NCBI GenBank assembly: GCA_964291395.2 | Contig: OZ219856.1 | Span: forward strand, 704,001-768,000 | Direction: 5' to 3' | DNA length: 64,000 nt | From: Alphaproteobacteria bacterium | Lineage (GTDB): Bacteria; Pseudomonadota; Alphaproteobacteria; UBA2966 | Shown here: positions 18,888-27,960 of the stretch, piece by piece | Layout: each line of letters starts with the position of its first letter | Numbering within the stretch: the stretch's first letter is position 1 | Program-made: the position numbers and the translations under genes | Notes under the pieces: generated by a model | Databases searched by the model: none | Told to the model about the DNA's origin: nothing | The model's input: the letters and a program-made list of their open reading frames with translations, nothing else

Positions 18888-19677
18888 ATGCATCTGCCGC
18901 ACCGCGCGCGCGCAACGTCATCGCCGATCTGGTCGCCGGAGCGGCCGGCATCACTTCACCTCGTCCGAGCTTCGCTCGGCCCTTGGGGTCTCCGAGGCGG
19001 CTGTGCGCCAGGCGCTGAGCCGCCTTGCGGCCAAGGGGGAGATCGCTAGCCCCGCGCGGGGGTTCTACGTCATCGTGCCGCCCGAGTACAGGCGGCTCGG
19101 CTGCCTGCCGGCGGATCAGTTCATACCGTTGCTGATGGAGCACTGGGGCGCTCGCTACTACGTGGGCCTCCTCTCGGCAGCGCAATTTCACGGCGCGGCC
19201 CATCATCGCCCGCAGGAATTCCAGGTGGTGGTGGAGAAGAACCGGCCGGCGATAATTTGCGGGGCCGTCCACGTCGCCTTCGTCGCGCGCCGGAACCTCG
19301 ATGCGGTGCCGGTCGAGACGTTCAACAATCCGCGCGGAACCGTTCTTGTCTCGACCGTGGAAGCGACGGCGGTCGACCTCGTCGGATACTTGCGTCGCTC
19401 CGGAGGCGTGGACCGGGTGGCGGGCATACTTTCCGAGCTCAGCGAGGACATGGACCCGGAGCGTCTCGTCGAGGCTTCGAATTCAGCGTCGATCCTCTGG
19501 GCGCAGCGTCTGGGCTACCGGGATCTGGAGCATGTTGGGGCCGGAGACAGAGCGGTGCTGCTCAAGGAGCATGTGCGGCGGCGCGCGCTACAAACTACAC
19601 GAAGCTGGCGGCTGCCCGGCGCGGGACACCGCGGATGCGCCGTTCGGTCGACAGGACTGCTCAGGCGGGGTTCGTGA
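18888..19677 (+). pseudogene. Type IV TA antitoxin AbiEi, frameshifted at both ends
   Basis: HFTSSELRSALGVS, PARGFYVIVPPEY, YYVGLLSAAQFHGAAH, STVEATAVDL and AQRLGY motifs. Confidence 0.8.
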
Positions 19678-19702
19678 ACGCAAGCATCGACTGCGCGGAT
19701 GC

Positions 19703-19800
19703 GTGATCCGAGCAGGGATTACATCACCCAGTGGCGGGCGCAGGCACCCTGGAACGAGGACTTCGCATGGTCGAGCACGGAACACATCGTCGTCAGAGTC
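19703..19800 (+). pseudogene. AbiEii nucleotidyltransferase toxin, 5-prime remnant only
   Basis: GTG ATC followed by RDYITQWRAQAPWNEDF, resembling the AbiEii N-terminus; the reading frame then collapses. Confidence 0.6.
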
Positions 19801-20039
19801 CAACGCGGCTCCAGCGGCCCTTCAACGCCGCCGGTTTCTCGCCGGGCCAGGGGCGGATATCTCCATCCGTGAGCACCTTTAAACGCTGGACCACTGAGCA
19901 CGTCCCATCCTACCGGAGCGTAAGGGGCGCGCGGCCTTGACTCGCGCCGGGTGCCTCAACACACTGCGCCGGCCCTCCCGGAGCGGCTCTTTCACCCCCG
20001 GTCCAAGCCCCGAGACCCCGGCAACGCGGAGATCGAACC

Positions 20040-20444
20040 ATGGCCGACGGCAACGCCATTCAGCCGCCATTGAAGGCGTACGAGGACGCTCTCGGCAGGG
20101 GCGAGATCATCTATCAGGCGTGTGGCGACTGCGGGCACGTGGCGTTCTATCCGCGCCTCATCTGCCCGGAATGCGGATCCGCGAACGTCGAGTATCGGCC
20201 GAGCGCGGGAAAGGGGGAAGTGTACACGCGTACCGTCGTCCATTCGCGCGGCCGGGATCCCTACAACGTCGTGCTCATCGACATGGACGAGGGATTTCGC
20301 ATCATGAGCACGGTGGAGGACGCGCCCAACGACGACGTGCAGATCGGCATGCGCGTCGAACTGAAGACCGTCTACCCGGTCGAGGACGCCAACGCCAAGG
20401 CGGGCCGGCTGCCCAAGCACGTCTTCAAGCCCGAGGGCAGTTGA
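20040..20444 (+). CDS. DUF35 Zn-ribbon/OB-fold protein
   Basis: CGDCG...YPRLICPECGS, GEVYTRT and IGMRV motifs; TGATG-coupled to a thiolase-like gene. Confidence 0.9.
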   Translation: MADGNAIQPPLKAYEDALGRGEIIYQACGDCGHVAFYPRLICPECGSANVEYRPSAGKGEVYTRTVVHSRGRDPYNVVLIDMDEGFRIMSTVEDAPNDDVQIGMRVELKTVYPVEDANAKAGRLPKHVFKPEGS

Positions 20445-21598
20445 TGAGCGCCGGTCTCCGGGGCAAGGCCTGCGTCGTCGCCGTCGCCGAGTCCGACCTG
20501 GGCGAGGTGGGGCCGCACCTGTCGGCCGCCGACCTCATGGCACAGGCGCTCGACCGTGCGCTCGCCGAATGCGGCCTGACGAAGGCGGATGTCGACGGCC
20601 TCTTCTCGTCGTCCGCCTATTACCAGATGGCTTCGGTGGAACCGGCCGAATATCTGGGCGTTCGTCCCCGCTATACCGACAGCACGACGCTCGGCGGGTC
20701 GTCCTTCGTCTCGCACCTGCTCCACGCGGCGGTTGCCCTGAATCAAGGCGCCTGCGACGTCGCGGCCATCCTGTACGGCAGCACCCAGCGCTCGGATTCG
20801 GGCCGACTCGTCTCGACCGCGAACTGGCTGCCTTACGAACGGCCATACGAGCCGCGCATGCCGGTCAGCATGTACGCCATGGTGGCCCAGCGGCACATGC
20901 ACGAGTTCGGCACCACGCGCGAACAGCTCGCCGAGGTGGCGATCCAGGCCCGCCGATGGGCGCAGCTCAACCCGAAGGCGTTTGCCCGCGATCCGCTGAC
21001 CATGGAGGAGGTGTGCGGCGCCCGCGTGATCTCGGAGCCTTTCACGTCGCGTGACTGCTGTCTCGTCACCGACGGCGGCGGCGCCGTGATCATGACCCGG
21101 CCCGACCGCGCCAGGGATCTCGAGCGGAAACCGGTCTATCTGCTGGGGGCGGGCGAAGCGCACTGGCATCGGCACATCTCGCAGATGCCCGAGCTCACGA
21201 CCACGGCGGCCACCGAGTCCGGCGAGCGGGCCTTCGAGATGGCCGGCCTGCGGCCCTCCGACGTCGACGTCTTCGAGCTCTACGACGCCTTCACCATCAG
21301 CCCGATCATCTTCCTCGAGGATCTGGGCCTGTGCGCCAAGGGCGAGGGCGGTCCCTTCACGTCGGACGGAAACATCGGTCCGGGCGGCAAGTGCCCGGTC
21401 AACACGAACGGCGGCGGACTGTCCTACTGCCATCCGGGCATGTACGGCATCTTCACGATCATCGAAGCCGTGCGGCAGGTGCGCGGCGAATGCGGCGAGC
21501 GCCAGGTCGACGGCGCGCGCGTCGCCCTGGCGCACGGCAGCGGCGGGGTGTTCTCGACCCAGGTCACGAGCATCTTCGGCGGGCCGGAAACGGTCTGA
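20444..21598 (+). CDS. SCP-x/Ltp2-type thiolase-like protein 1
   Basis: DCCLVTDGGGAVI, LYDAFT and VNTNGGGLSYCHPG motifs; GGSSF at the usual nucleophile region. Confidence 0.88.
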   Translation: MSAGLRGKACVVAVAESDLGEVGPHLSAADLMAQALDRALAECGLTKADVDGLFSSSAYYQMASVEPAEYLGVRPRYTDSTTLGGSSFVSHLLHAAVALNQGACDVAAILYGSTQRSDSGRLVSTANWLPYERPYEPRMPVSMYAMVAQRHMHEFGTTREQLAEVAIQARRWAQLNPKAFARDPLTMEEVCGARVISEPFTSRDCCLVTDGGGAVIMTRPDRARDLERKPVYLLGAGEAHWHRHISQMPELTTTAATESGERAFEMAGLRPSDVDVFELYDAFTISPIIFLEDLGLCAKGEGGPFTSDGNIGPGGKCPVNTNGGGLSYCHPGMYGIFTIIEAVRQVRGECGERQVDGARVALAHGSGGVFSTQVTSIFGGPETV

Positions 21599-21610
21599 CG
21601 CGATGTCCGG

Positions 21611-22765
21611 ATGAACGAGGATCTGCGGGGCAGGGCCTGTATCGTCGGCGTCGCCGAGTCGGACCTCGGCGCGGTCGGCGAGGGCGTCACGCCGCTCGAC
21701 CTGCAGGCCCAGGCCATGGTCCGGGCCCTCGATGAAGCCGGTCTGAGGAAATCGGACGTCGACGGTCTCTTCTCGGCCTCCGTCTATTACCAGATGGCCT
21801 CGGTCGAGGTGGCCGAATACCTCGGCATCCAGCCGCGCTACACGGACTCGACGACCGTCGGCGGCTGCTCCTTCATCGTGCATCTGCATCACGCCGCCAC
21901 GGCGCTGTCGGCGGGCGCCTGCGACGTGGCTCTGATCCTCTACGGCTCGACCCAGCGGTCCGGGGCGGGCGGTTTCACGACCAACGCCAATCCGTCCCCT
22001 TACGAGGTCGCTTACGGCCCGCGCATGCCGATCAGCATGTACGCCATGTCCGCGGCGCGGCACATGCACCGGTACGGCACCACGCGGGAGCAGCTTGCCG
22101 AGGTGGCCGTGCAAACGCGCGCCTGGGCGCGGATGAACCCCAAGGCCTTCATGCGCGATCCCCTGACCGTGGATGAGGTTCTCGACGCGCGCATGATCTC
22201 CGAGCCCTTCACCCTGCTCGATTGCTGCGTCGTCACCGACGGAGGCGGGGCCGTCATCGTCACCCGGCCCGACCGGGCCAAGGACCTGCGGCAGGAGCCG
22301 GTCTACCTGCTCGGCGCCGGCGAGGCGCACTGGCACCGGCACATCCACCAGATGCCGGACCTGACGGTCACCGCGGGAATCGATTCGGGGAGACGTGCCT
22401 TCGAGATGGCGGGGCTGACGCCCAAGGACGTGGACGTCTGCCAACTCTACGACGCCTTCACCATCTTTCCCGTCATGCATCTCGAGGATCTCGGGTTCTG
22501 CGAGAAAGGGGAGGGCGGACCGTTCGTTTCGGGAGGACGCATCGGCCCCGGTGGGGACTGCCCCGTCAACACCAACGGGGGCGGCATGAGCTACTGCCAT
22601 CCCGGCATGTACGGCATCTTCACGATCATCGAGGCGACGCGACAGCTTCGGGATCAAGGGGAGGACCGCCAGGTCGACGGTGCGGAGGTCGCCGTCGCGC
22701 ACGGCGTCGGCGGGGTGTGGTCGGCCGCCGCGACCTCGATCCTGGGGACCGCGGCGACTCTATGA
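21611..22765 (+). CDS. SCP-x/Ltp2-type thiolase-like protein 2
   Basis: Close paralog of the preceding gene; GGCSF, LYDAFT and NTNGGGMSYCHPG motifs. Confidence 0.88.
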   Translation: MNEDLRGRACIVGVAESDLGAVGEGVTPLDLQAQAMVRALDEAGLRKSDVDGLFSASVYYQMASVEVAEYLGIQPRYTDSTTVGGCSFIVHLHHAATALSAGACDVALILYGSTQRSGAGGFTTNANPSPYEVAYGPRMPISMYAMSAARHMHRYGTTREQLAEVAVQTRAWARMNPKAFMRDPLTVDEVLDARMISEPFTLLDCCVVTDGGGAVIVTRPDRAKDLRQEPVYLLGAGEAHWHRHIHQMPDLTVTAGIDSGRRAFEMAGLTPKDVDVCQLYDAFTIFPVMHLEDLGFCEKGEGGPFVSGGRIGPGGDCPVNTNGGGMSYCHPGMYGIFTIIEATRQLRDQGEDRQVDGAEVAVAHGVGGVWSAAATSILGTAATL

Positions 22766-22790
22766 CGGCGGCTTCCGGTTGACTCGGGCC

Positions 22791-23507
22791 ATGGACGGAC
22801 GCCGGCCGCGAGCCTTGATGTGTTGGAGCAGCGGCAAGGATAGCGCTTGGGCTCTGCACGTCCTGCGCGGCCAGGGCGACGTCGAGGTGGCGGGGCTTCT
22901 GACGACCGTCAACCGGACGGCGGGCCGCGTGGCGATGCACGGGGTGCGCGAACGGCTCCTGGAACTCCAGGCCGAGGCCTTGGGACTGCCGCTGATCCGG
23001 GTCCCTGTCCCCGAAAAATGCTCCAACGAACACTACGAAGGCGCGATGGCCGCGGCGCTGGGGCAGGCCAAGAGCGACGGGGTGTCGGCGGTGGTCTTCG
23101 GAGACCTGTTTCTGGAAGACATCCGCCGCTATCGGGAGCAACAGCTCGCGGCCCTCGGTCTCAAGCCTCTGTTCCCGATCTGGGGCCGGGACACCGCCCG
23201 TCTCGCGCGCAAGATGATCCGTGCTGGACTCCGCGCCCGGCTGACCTGCCTCGACCCCAAGGCGTTGGACCCCTCTTTCGCCGGCCGGACCTACGATCAC
23301 GCCCTGATCGACGCGCTGCCCGACGGCGTCGACCCGTGCGGCGAGAACGGCGAGTTTCATACCTTCGCCTATCGCGGGCCGATGTTCGCGAACGAGATCG
23401 GCGTGCGTGCCGGCACGGTCGTCGAACGTGACGGCTTCGTATTCGCCGATCTCCTGCCTGCCGATGAAGCCGCGACCGCGAACGCGGGAACGGCGGCGGC
23501 GCTGTAG
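22791..23507 (+). CDS. PP-loop ATPase, diphthine-ammonia ligase/DUF71 family
   Basis: WSSGKDS, VFGDLFLEDIR and DPCGENGEFHTF motifs. Confidence 0.88.
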   Translation: MDGRRPRALMCWSSGKDSAWALHVLRGQGDVEVAGLLTTVNRTAGRVAMHGVRERLLELQAEALGLPLIRVPVPEKCSNEHYEGAMAAALGQAKSDGVSAVVFGDLFLEDIRRYREQQLAALGLKPLFPIWGRDTARLARKMIRAGLRARLTCLDPKALDPSFAGRTYDHALIDALPDGVDPCGENGEFHTFAYRGPMFANEIGVRAGTVVERDGFVFADLLPADEAATANAGTAAAL

Positions 23508-23569
23508 TCGGCCGTTCCCGACCTTCAGGAGCCGTCCGATGAGCGGCCCCCGTCCGGGTTGTGGAGGGG

Positions 23570-25021
23570 CTACTCCGCGGCGACCGCCCCGGCGAAGGAC
23601 CGTTCGTAGTCCCGCATCGCGTTGCGGATGAACGTGTCGCGTTCCCCGCCTTCGTAGCGGTCGCCTTCGGCGACGATCTCGACCATCTTCCGGCACACCT
23701 CGCGGACGAGCTCGTCGTCGTCGCGGCCTTCCTGCACGGGAATCGCGAGCACCGTGTTGTTGGTGTAGCTGTAGTCGCGTTCGCCCGCGTTGGCCTTGGC
23801 GTGCATGGCGTCGGGTTGCGCGTGGGGATTCTCGCCGTTGAGGGCGCGGCGCATGTTGCGGCGGTTCATGTAGACGCCGATGTCGCCCCGCATCGGGTTC
23901 TCGAGCGCGTGCACGGCGATGGGCCGCTGGCTGACGATGGCTTCCCAGTCGCCGGGCATGCGCTGCGACACGTCGTAAGGGCGTCCCCCCGTCTGACCTT
24001 CGAGAAAGTCGATGTCGTCGTACCCGCACCGCTCCTTGCGCCCGGCGTCGAACGGATCGATCGATGCGCCGAACATGCGCCAGCCGATGATGATGTGGTT
24101 CTCGTTGTCGATCGGCACGTACCAGCGTGCCATGTGCACGCGATGGAAGAGTCGGCTGTCGCGGCCGTCTTCGAACAGGTTGGCATGGATGGTGAGATTC
24201 GGGACCACCACGTCGTTCATGCGCACCCAGATCTTGTCCGTCCCGACGCGGCGGCCGGCGATGAAGACCATCGCCGTGTCGTCGCGCACGGACGCGTATT
24301 CCATCACCGGCGTCTGGGTAAACACCGGATTGAGCGCCGTGGCGGGATAGGCGTCGTCGTCGTCGTCGCCGACCACCCGCATGCTCGCGTTGTGGAGCTG
24401 CGAGGTATGGATCTGGTCGGGGATGTTGTCGAACGCCTGCAGATAGTTGCACGGATAGACGTTGGTGAACGGAATGAGCTCGAGATCGTCGTAGGCGTCG
24501 AAGAAGTCCCATTCGGGGAATTTCGGTATCTCGTCGTAGGGGCCCATGTAGGCGAAGACGAGACCGTGACGTTCAAAGGCCGGATACGCGCCCTGGCTGA
24601 CCTTTTCGGCCAAACGCGCACCGCCGTCCGGCTCGCCCGGCACCTCTATCAACCTGCCGTCCACGTCGAACTGGAAGCCGTGGTAGCAGCAGCGGATGCC
24701 GGTCTCCTGTACGATGCCGTACTCGAGAGAGGCACCCCGGTGCGCGCAGTGGCGGTGCAGGACGCCGACCTGTCCCGACTTGTCGCGGAACGCCACGAGT
24801 TCCTCGCCCATGATCTTGATCGCCTTGGGCACGTCGGTGAGCTCTTCGGACATGCAGACCGGCTGCCAGAACCGACGCAGGAATTCCCCCATCGGCTCGT
24901 CCGGATCGGTGTGCGTCAGCTCGGGGTCTTCTGCTGGAACCTGGCGTTTCTCGTAGCCGCTGTAAGCCCTGTTGTCGTCGTGACTGAATTTGAGATGCGT
25001 GTCCTGGTCGTTCATGCTCAT
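23570..25021 (-). CDS. Rieske non-heme iron oxygenase alpha subunit (phthalate dioxygenase-like)
   Basis: CAH...CCYHG Rieske motif, DQIHTSQLH mononuclear Fe motif, LRRFWQPV. Confidence 0.88.
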   Translation of the reverse strand: MSMNDQDTHLKFSHDDNRAYSGYEKRQVPAEDPELTHTDPDEPMGEFLRRFWQPVCMSEELTDVPKAIKIMGEELVAFRDKSGQVGVLHRHCAHRGASLEYGIVQETGIRCCYHGFQFDVDGRLIEVPGEPDGGARLAEKVSQGAYPAFERHGLVFAYMGPYDEIPKFPEWDFFDAYDDLELIPFTNVYPCNYLQAFDNIPDQIHTSQLHNASMRVVGDDDDDAYPATALNPVFTQTPVMEYASVRDDTAMVFIAGRRVGTDKIWVRMNDVVVPNLTIHANLFEDGRDSRLFHRVHMARWYVPIDNENHIIIGWRMFGASIDPFDAGRKERCGYDDIDFLEGQTGGRPYDVSQRMPGDWEAIVSQRPIAVHALENPMRGDIGVYMNRRNMRRALNGENPHAQPDAMHAKANAGERDYSYTNNTVLAIPVQEGRDDDELVREVCRKMVEIVAEGDRYEGGERDTFIRNAMRDYERSFAGAVAAE

Positions 25022-25184
25022 CCGGCTCGCCTCCGATGCCTCGTGCCTGCGCCCACCATCACTACGTCAATAATACTGACCTTGTTGAAAATATAGCACA
25101 ATTCGGATCGGGAACCAAACAAATCAGTGCAAATCCGGTACAGCGGACCGGTGCCGACCCGACCGGATACCGTGCCCGCCGGGA

Positions 25185-25667
25185 TCACCCCGCGGGGTCG
25201 ATCCACATCAGCGGCTGGCCGGCCTTTACCTGCGCCTCGTTCTCGGCGCAGATCCCGGTGACGGTCCCCGCGACGCCTGCGGGAACGGAGTTGAAGAGCT
25301 TCATCACGTCGACCAGGCACACGGTGTCGCGGGCGTTCACTTCACTGCCCACCTCGACGAAAGGCGGCGCGTCCGGCGAGGGAGCGCGATAGAACGTACC
25401 CGTCATCGGACAGTCGACGCTGACCAGCCCCTCTCGGGGAGGAACCGCGGCCGGTGCCTCCGGAAGTGCCGGCGTCTGTCCGTCGACGGCCGCGGACTCG
25501 GCGGTCCCGGCGGCGACCGTCTTGAGCGGCGGGGATGGTGCCGGCTCGCCGCCCGCCGTCGCGTCCACCTCGAGGAGCACGTCGTCCTGTTCATAGCGAA
25601 AGCGTTGGTAACCGAGTTCGTCCAGCGTGCGCAGAATTTCGATCACGTCCTTGGCCGACAACGCCAT
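25185..25667 (-). CDS. Biotin carboxyl carrier protein 2
   Basis: PMTGTFYRAPSP and CLVDVMKLFN motifs. Confidence 0.88.
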   Translation of the reverse strand: MALSAKDVIEILRTLDELGYQRFRYEQDDVLLEVDATAGGEPAPSPPLKTVAAGTAESAAVDGQTPALPEAPAAVPPREGLVSVDCPMTGTFYRAPSPDAPPFVEVGSEVNARDTVCLVDVMKLFNSVPAGVAGTVTGICAENEAQVKAGQPLMWIDPAG

Positions 25668-25843
25668 CACGGGGTCTCCACCGCCGGCTCCGGGAGGGCT
25701 TCCACCGCCGGCCCGTCGGATTCCTTTTCGACACGGATCTCCATATCGCCCTGCGCCAACCTCAGCCTGCCGCGCTGCGGCCCGTCGATGAGCGCGAGGA
25801 TCGTCGCGACGTCACGATAGGTGAGGGGCGCGTCGTCGGACAC
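25667..25843 (-). CDS. 58-aa stand-alone BCCP-N-terminal-like protein
   Basis: GTG 25843 starts 6 bp after the ligase stop; LTYRDVATILALIDG...LRLAQGDMEIRVEK parallels both BCCP N-termini; the stop overlaps the BCCP start. Confidence 0.6.
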   Translation of the reverse strand: MSDDAPLTYRDVATILALIDGPQRGRLRLAQGDMEIRVEKESDGPAVEALPEPAVETP

Positions 25844-25848
25844 GGGAT

Positions 25849-27960
25849 CTACGGTTCCACGGTGAACTTGTAGTCTACGGCCAGGCAGCCTTCGCCGTCG
25901 CCGAGAACCAAGACGGGGTTGAGGTCGAGCTCGGCGATCTCGGGACGGTCGACCGCGAGCCAGGAGACCCGGGCGATCGTTTTCGCCAGCGCCTCGACGT
26001 CGAGGGGGCCGCCGCCCCGGAATCCTCGGAACATGGGGCCGAGGACCGACTCCTCGAGGACGCGTCGGGCCGCCACCTCGCTGACGGGCGCCGGCAGCAT
26101 GTGCACGTCGGCGATGAGTTCCACCAGCGTACCGCCGGGGCCGAAGACGATCATCGGACCGAAAACCGGATCCCGCTTCACGCCGACCAGGACTTCGAGC
26201 CCACCGCCGACCATTTCCTGCACGAGAAGGCCTTCGATGCGGGCGTCCGGGTGGTGCCGCCGGGCATTGGTATTGACCGTATCGCAAGCCACGGCGAGCG
26301 CGTCCTCGCCGCGCACGTCCGTGATGACGCCGCCGATCTCCGTGCGGTGGACGATATCGGGCGAGGCGATCTTCACGGCAACGGGCGAGTCGAGCTCGGC
26401 ACGGAACGCCTCCGCTTCCTGGATGGTCGCCGCGATGATTTCGCGAGGCAAGCGAACGCCATATGCCGCGAGCGCGGCCTTTTGGGCCTCCACCTGATCG
26501 AGCGGCGCGTCACCCGCTGCGCCGGGTCCGACGTCGCGGGCGGGCTTGGGGTCGGCGAGCAGGACGCGGCGTCGTTCGTCATAGACGAGTCGGGCGGCGA
26601 CGTTTCTCGCGGCCCGCGCAGGATCGCTGAACACGGGGAACGGCGCCTTCCGGATCGCCTCCATGGCGTTCTCGTGGGGCGCCACCCAGGACACCGCGAA
26701 CGGCTTGCCGACGTCGGCGCGAAGCCTGGTCAGCTCTTCGACGAGCTCCAGTCCGTTGCGCCAAATGAGTTTCACCGACAACACGGCGGCGTCGTAGTGG
26801 TCGCCTTCGAGGAGAAGCCGGAGGCATTGCGCCAGGATATCTGGCCGAAACACCATCGGCCCGGTCGCGTCCAGCGGGTTGTTGAACCCGGCGTAGTCCG
26901 GAAGGATCTCCGCGACTTTGGCCCGCAGCTCTTCCGGCAACGGTGCGACGTCCAAGCCGGCATCCGTCGCGGCGTCCGCCGCGAGCACACCGGCGCCGCC
27001 GGAATGGGAGACCAGCGCGATGCGCTTCCCCCGGGATGCCGGCGTCTTGTTGAAGACCTTCATGTAGTCGATGAACTGGTCTCCGTCGGCGGCGCGGACG
27101 ACCCCGGTGGCGTCGAACACGGCCTGGGCGACTCCGTCCGAGCCGACCAGGGCCCCGGTATGCGACCGGGCCGCGACCGCGCCGGCATCCGACTTGCCGA
27201 CCTTGAGGACGATCAAGGGCTTGCCCGCCTGCAGCGCCGCCCGAGAGACGTCGATGAAGCCCGCGCCCTTCCGGATGCTCTCGATATAGCCGCCGATGAT
27301 GCCGACCCGATCGTCGTTGATCAGGTATCCGGCGTAGTCGGAGAACTCGAGATCCGCCTCGTTGCCCGAGCTTACGAAGTGCCCCGTGCCAATCCCCTGG
27401 CGCTCGGCCTCGGTGAGGATGGCGGCGCCGACCGCGCCGCTCTGACTCGCCAGCGCGACATTGCCGGGCTCGACGTCCTTGCGGTCCAGGAGCTGGGTGA
27501 TCGAGGGGACGACTCCATTCCACAGGTTGATCGAGCCGACGGAGTTGGGTCCGACGGCGCGGCCCCCCTTGTCGCGGATCAGGTCCATCAGCTCGGATTC
27601 GATGCGCTTGCCTTCCTCGCCCAGTTCTCCGAAGCCCGACGTGATGATGAGGAAGCATTTGACGTGACCGGACTCGAGCGCCTCCACTGTCCGGCGAACG
27701 ACGGTTGCCGGGACCGAGAGCACGGCGAGATCGATCGGATCGGGAATGTCGGCGAGAGATGGAAAACACTTCAGGCCGTTCACCGCCTCGTACTTCGGAT
27801 TCACCGGGTAGATCGTGCCGCCGTATCCGTGGAGGTCGAGGAATCTCAAAATGAGTCCGCCGCCCATGCGGGTTGCGTCTTCGGACGCGCCGACGACGGC
27901 GATCGATTCCGGCTCGAACAGCGCGGCCAGGGCTTGGGTGTCCGGCTCGGCGGTGCTCAT
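25849..27960 (-). CDS. ADP-forming acyl-CoA synthetase (acetate-CoA ligase family, fused alpha-beta)
   Basis: AVVGAS, VGPNS, SQSG, SHTG phospho-His, NPLD, and ATP-grasp VKIAS..HRTEIGGV and ELDLNP motifs. Confidence 0.92.
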   Translation of the reverse strand: MSTAEPDTQALAALFEPESIAVVGASEDATRMGGGLILRFLDLHGYGGTIYPVNPKYEAVNGLKCFPSLADIPDPIDLAVLSVPATVVRRTVEALESGHVKCFLIITSGFGELGEEGKRIESELMDLIRDKGGRAVGPNSVGSINLWNGVVPSITQLLDRKDVEPGNVALASQSGAVGAAILTEAERQGIGTGHFVSSGNEADLEFSDYAGYLINDDRVGIIGGYIESIRKGAGFIDVSRAALQAGKPLIVLKVGKSDAGAVAARSHTGALVGSDGVAQAVFDATGVVRAADGDQFIDYMKVFNKTPASRGKRIALVSHSGGAGVLAADAATDAGLDVAPLPEELRAKVAEILPDYAGFNNPLDATGPMVFRPDILAQCLRLLLEGDHYDAAVLSVKLIWRNGLELVEELTRLRADVGKPFAVSWVAPHENAMEAIRKAPFPVFSDPARAARNVAARLVYDERRRVLLADPKPARDVGPGAAGDAPLDQVEAQKAALAAYGVRLPREIIAATIQEAEAFRAELDSPVAVKIASPDIVHRTEIGGVITDVRGEDALAVACDTVNTNARRHHPDARIEGLLVQEMVGGGLEVLVGVKRDPVFGPMIVFGPGGTLVELIADVHMLPAPVSEVAARRVLEESVLGPMFRGFRGGGPLDVEALAKTIARVSWLAVDRPEIAELDLNPVLVLGDGEGCLAVDYKFTVEP

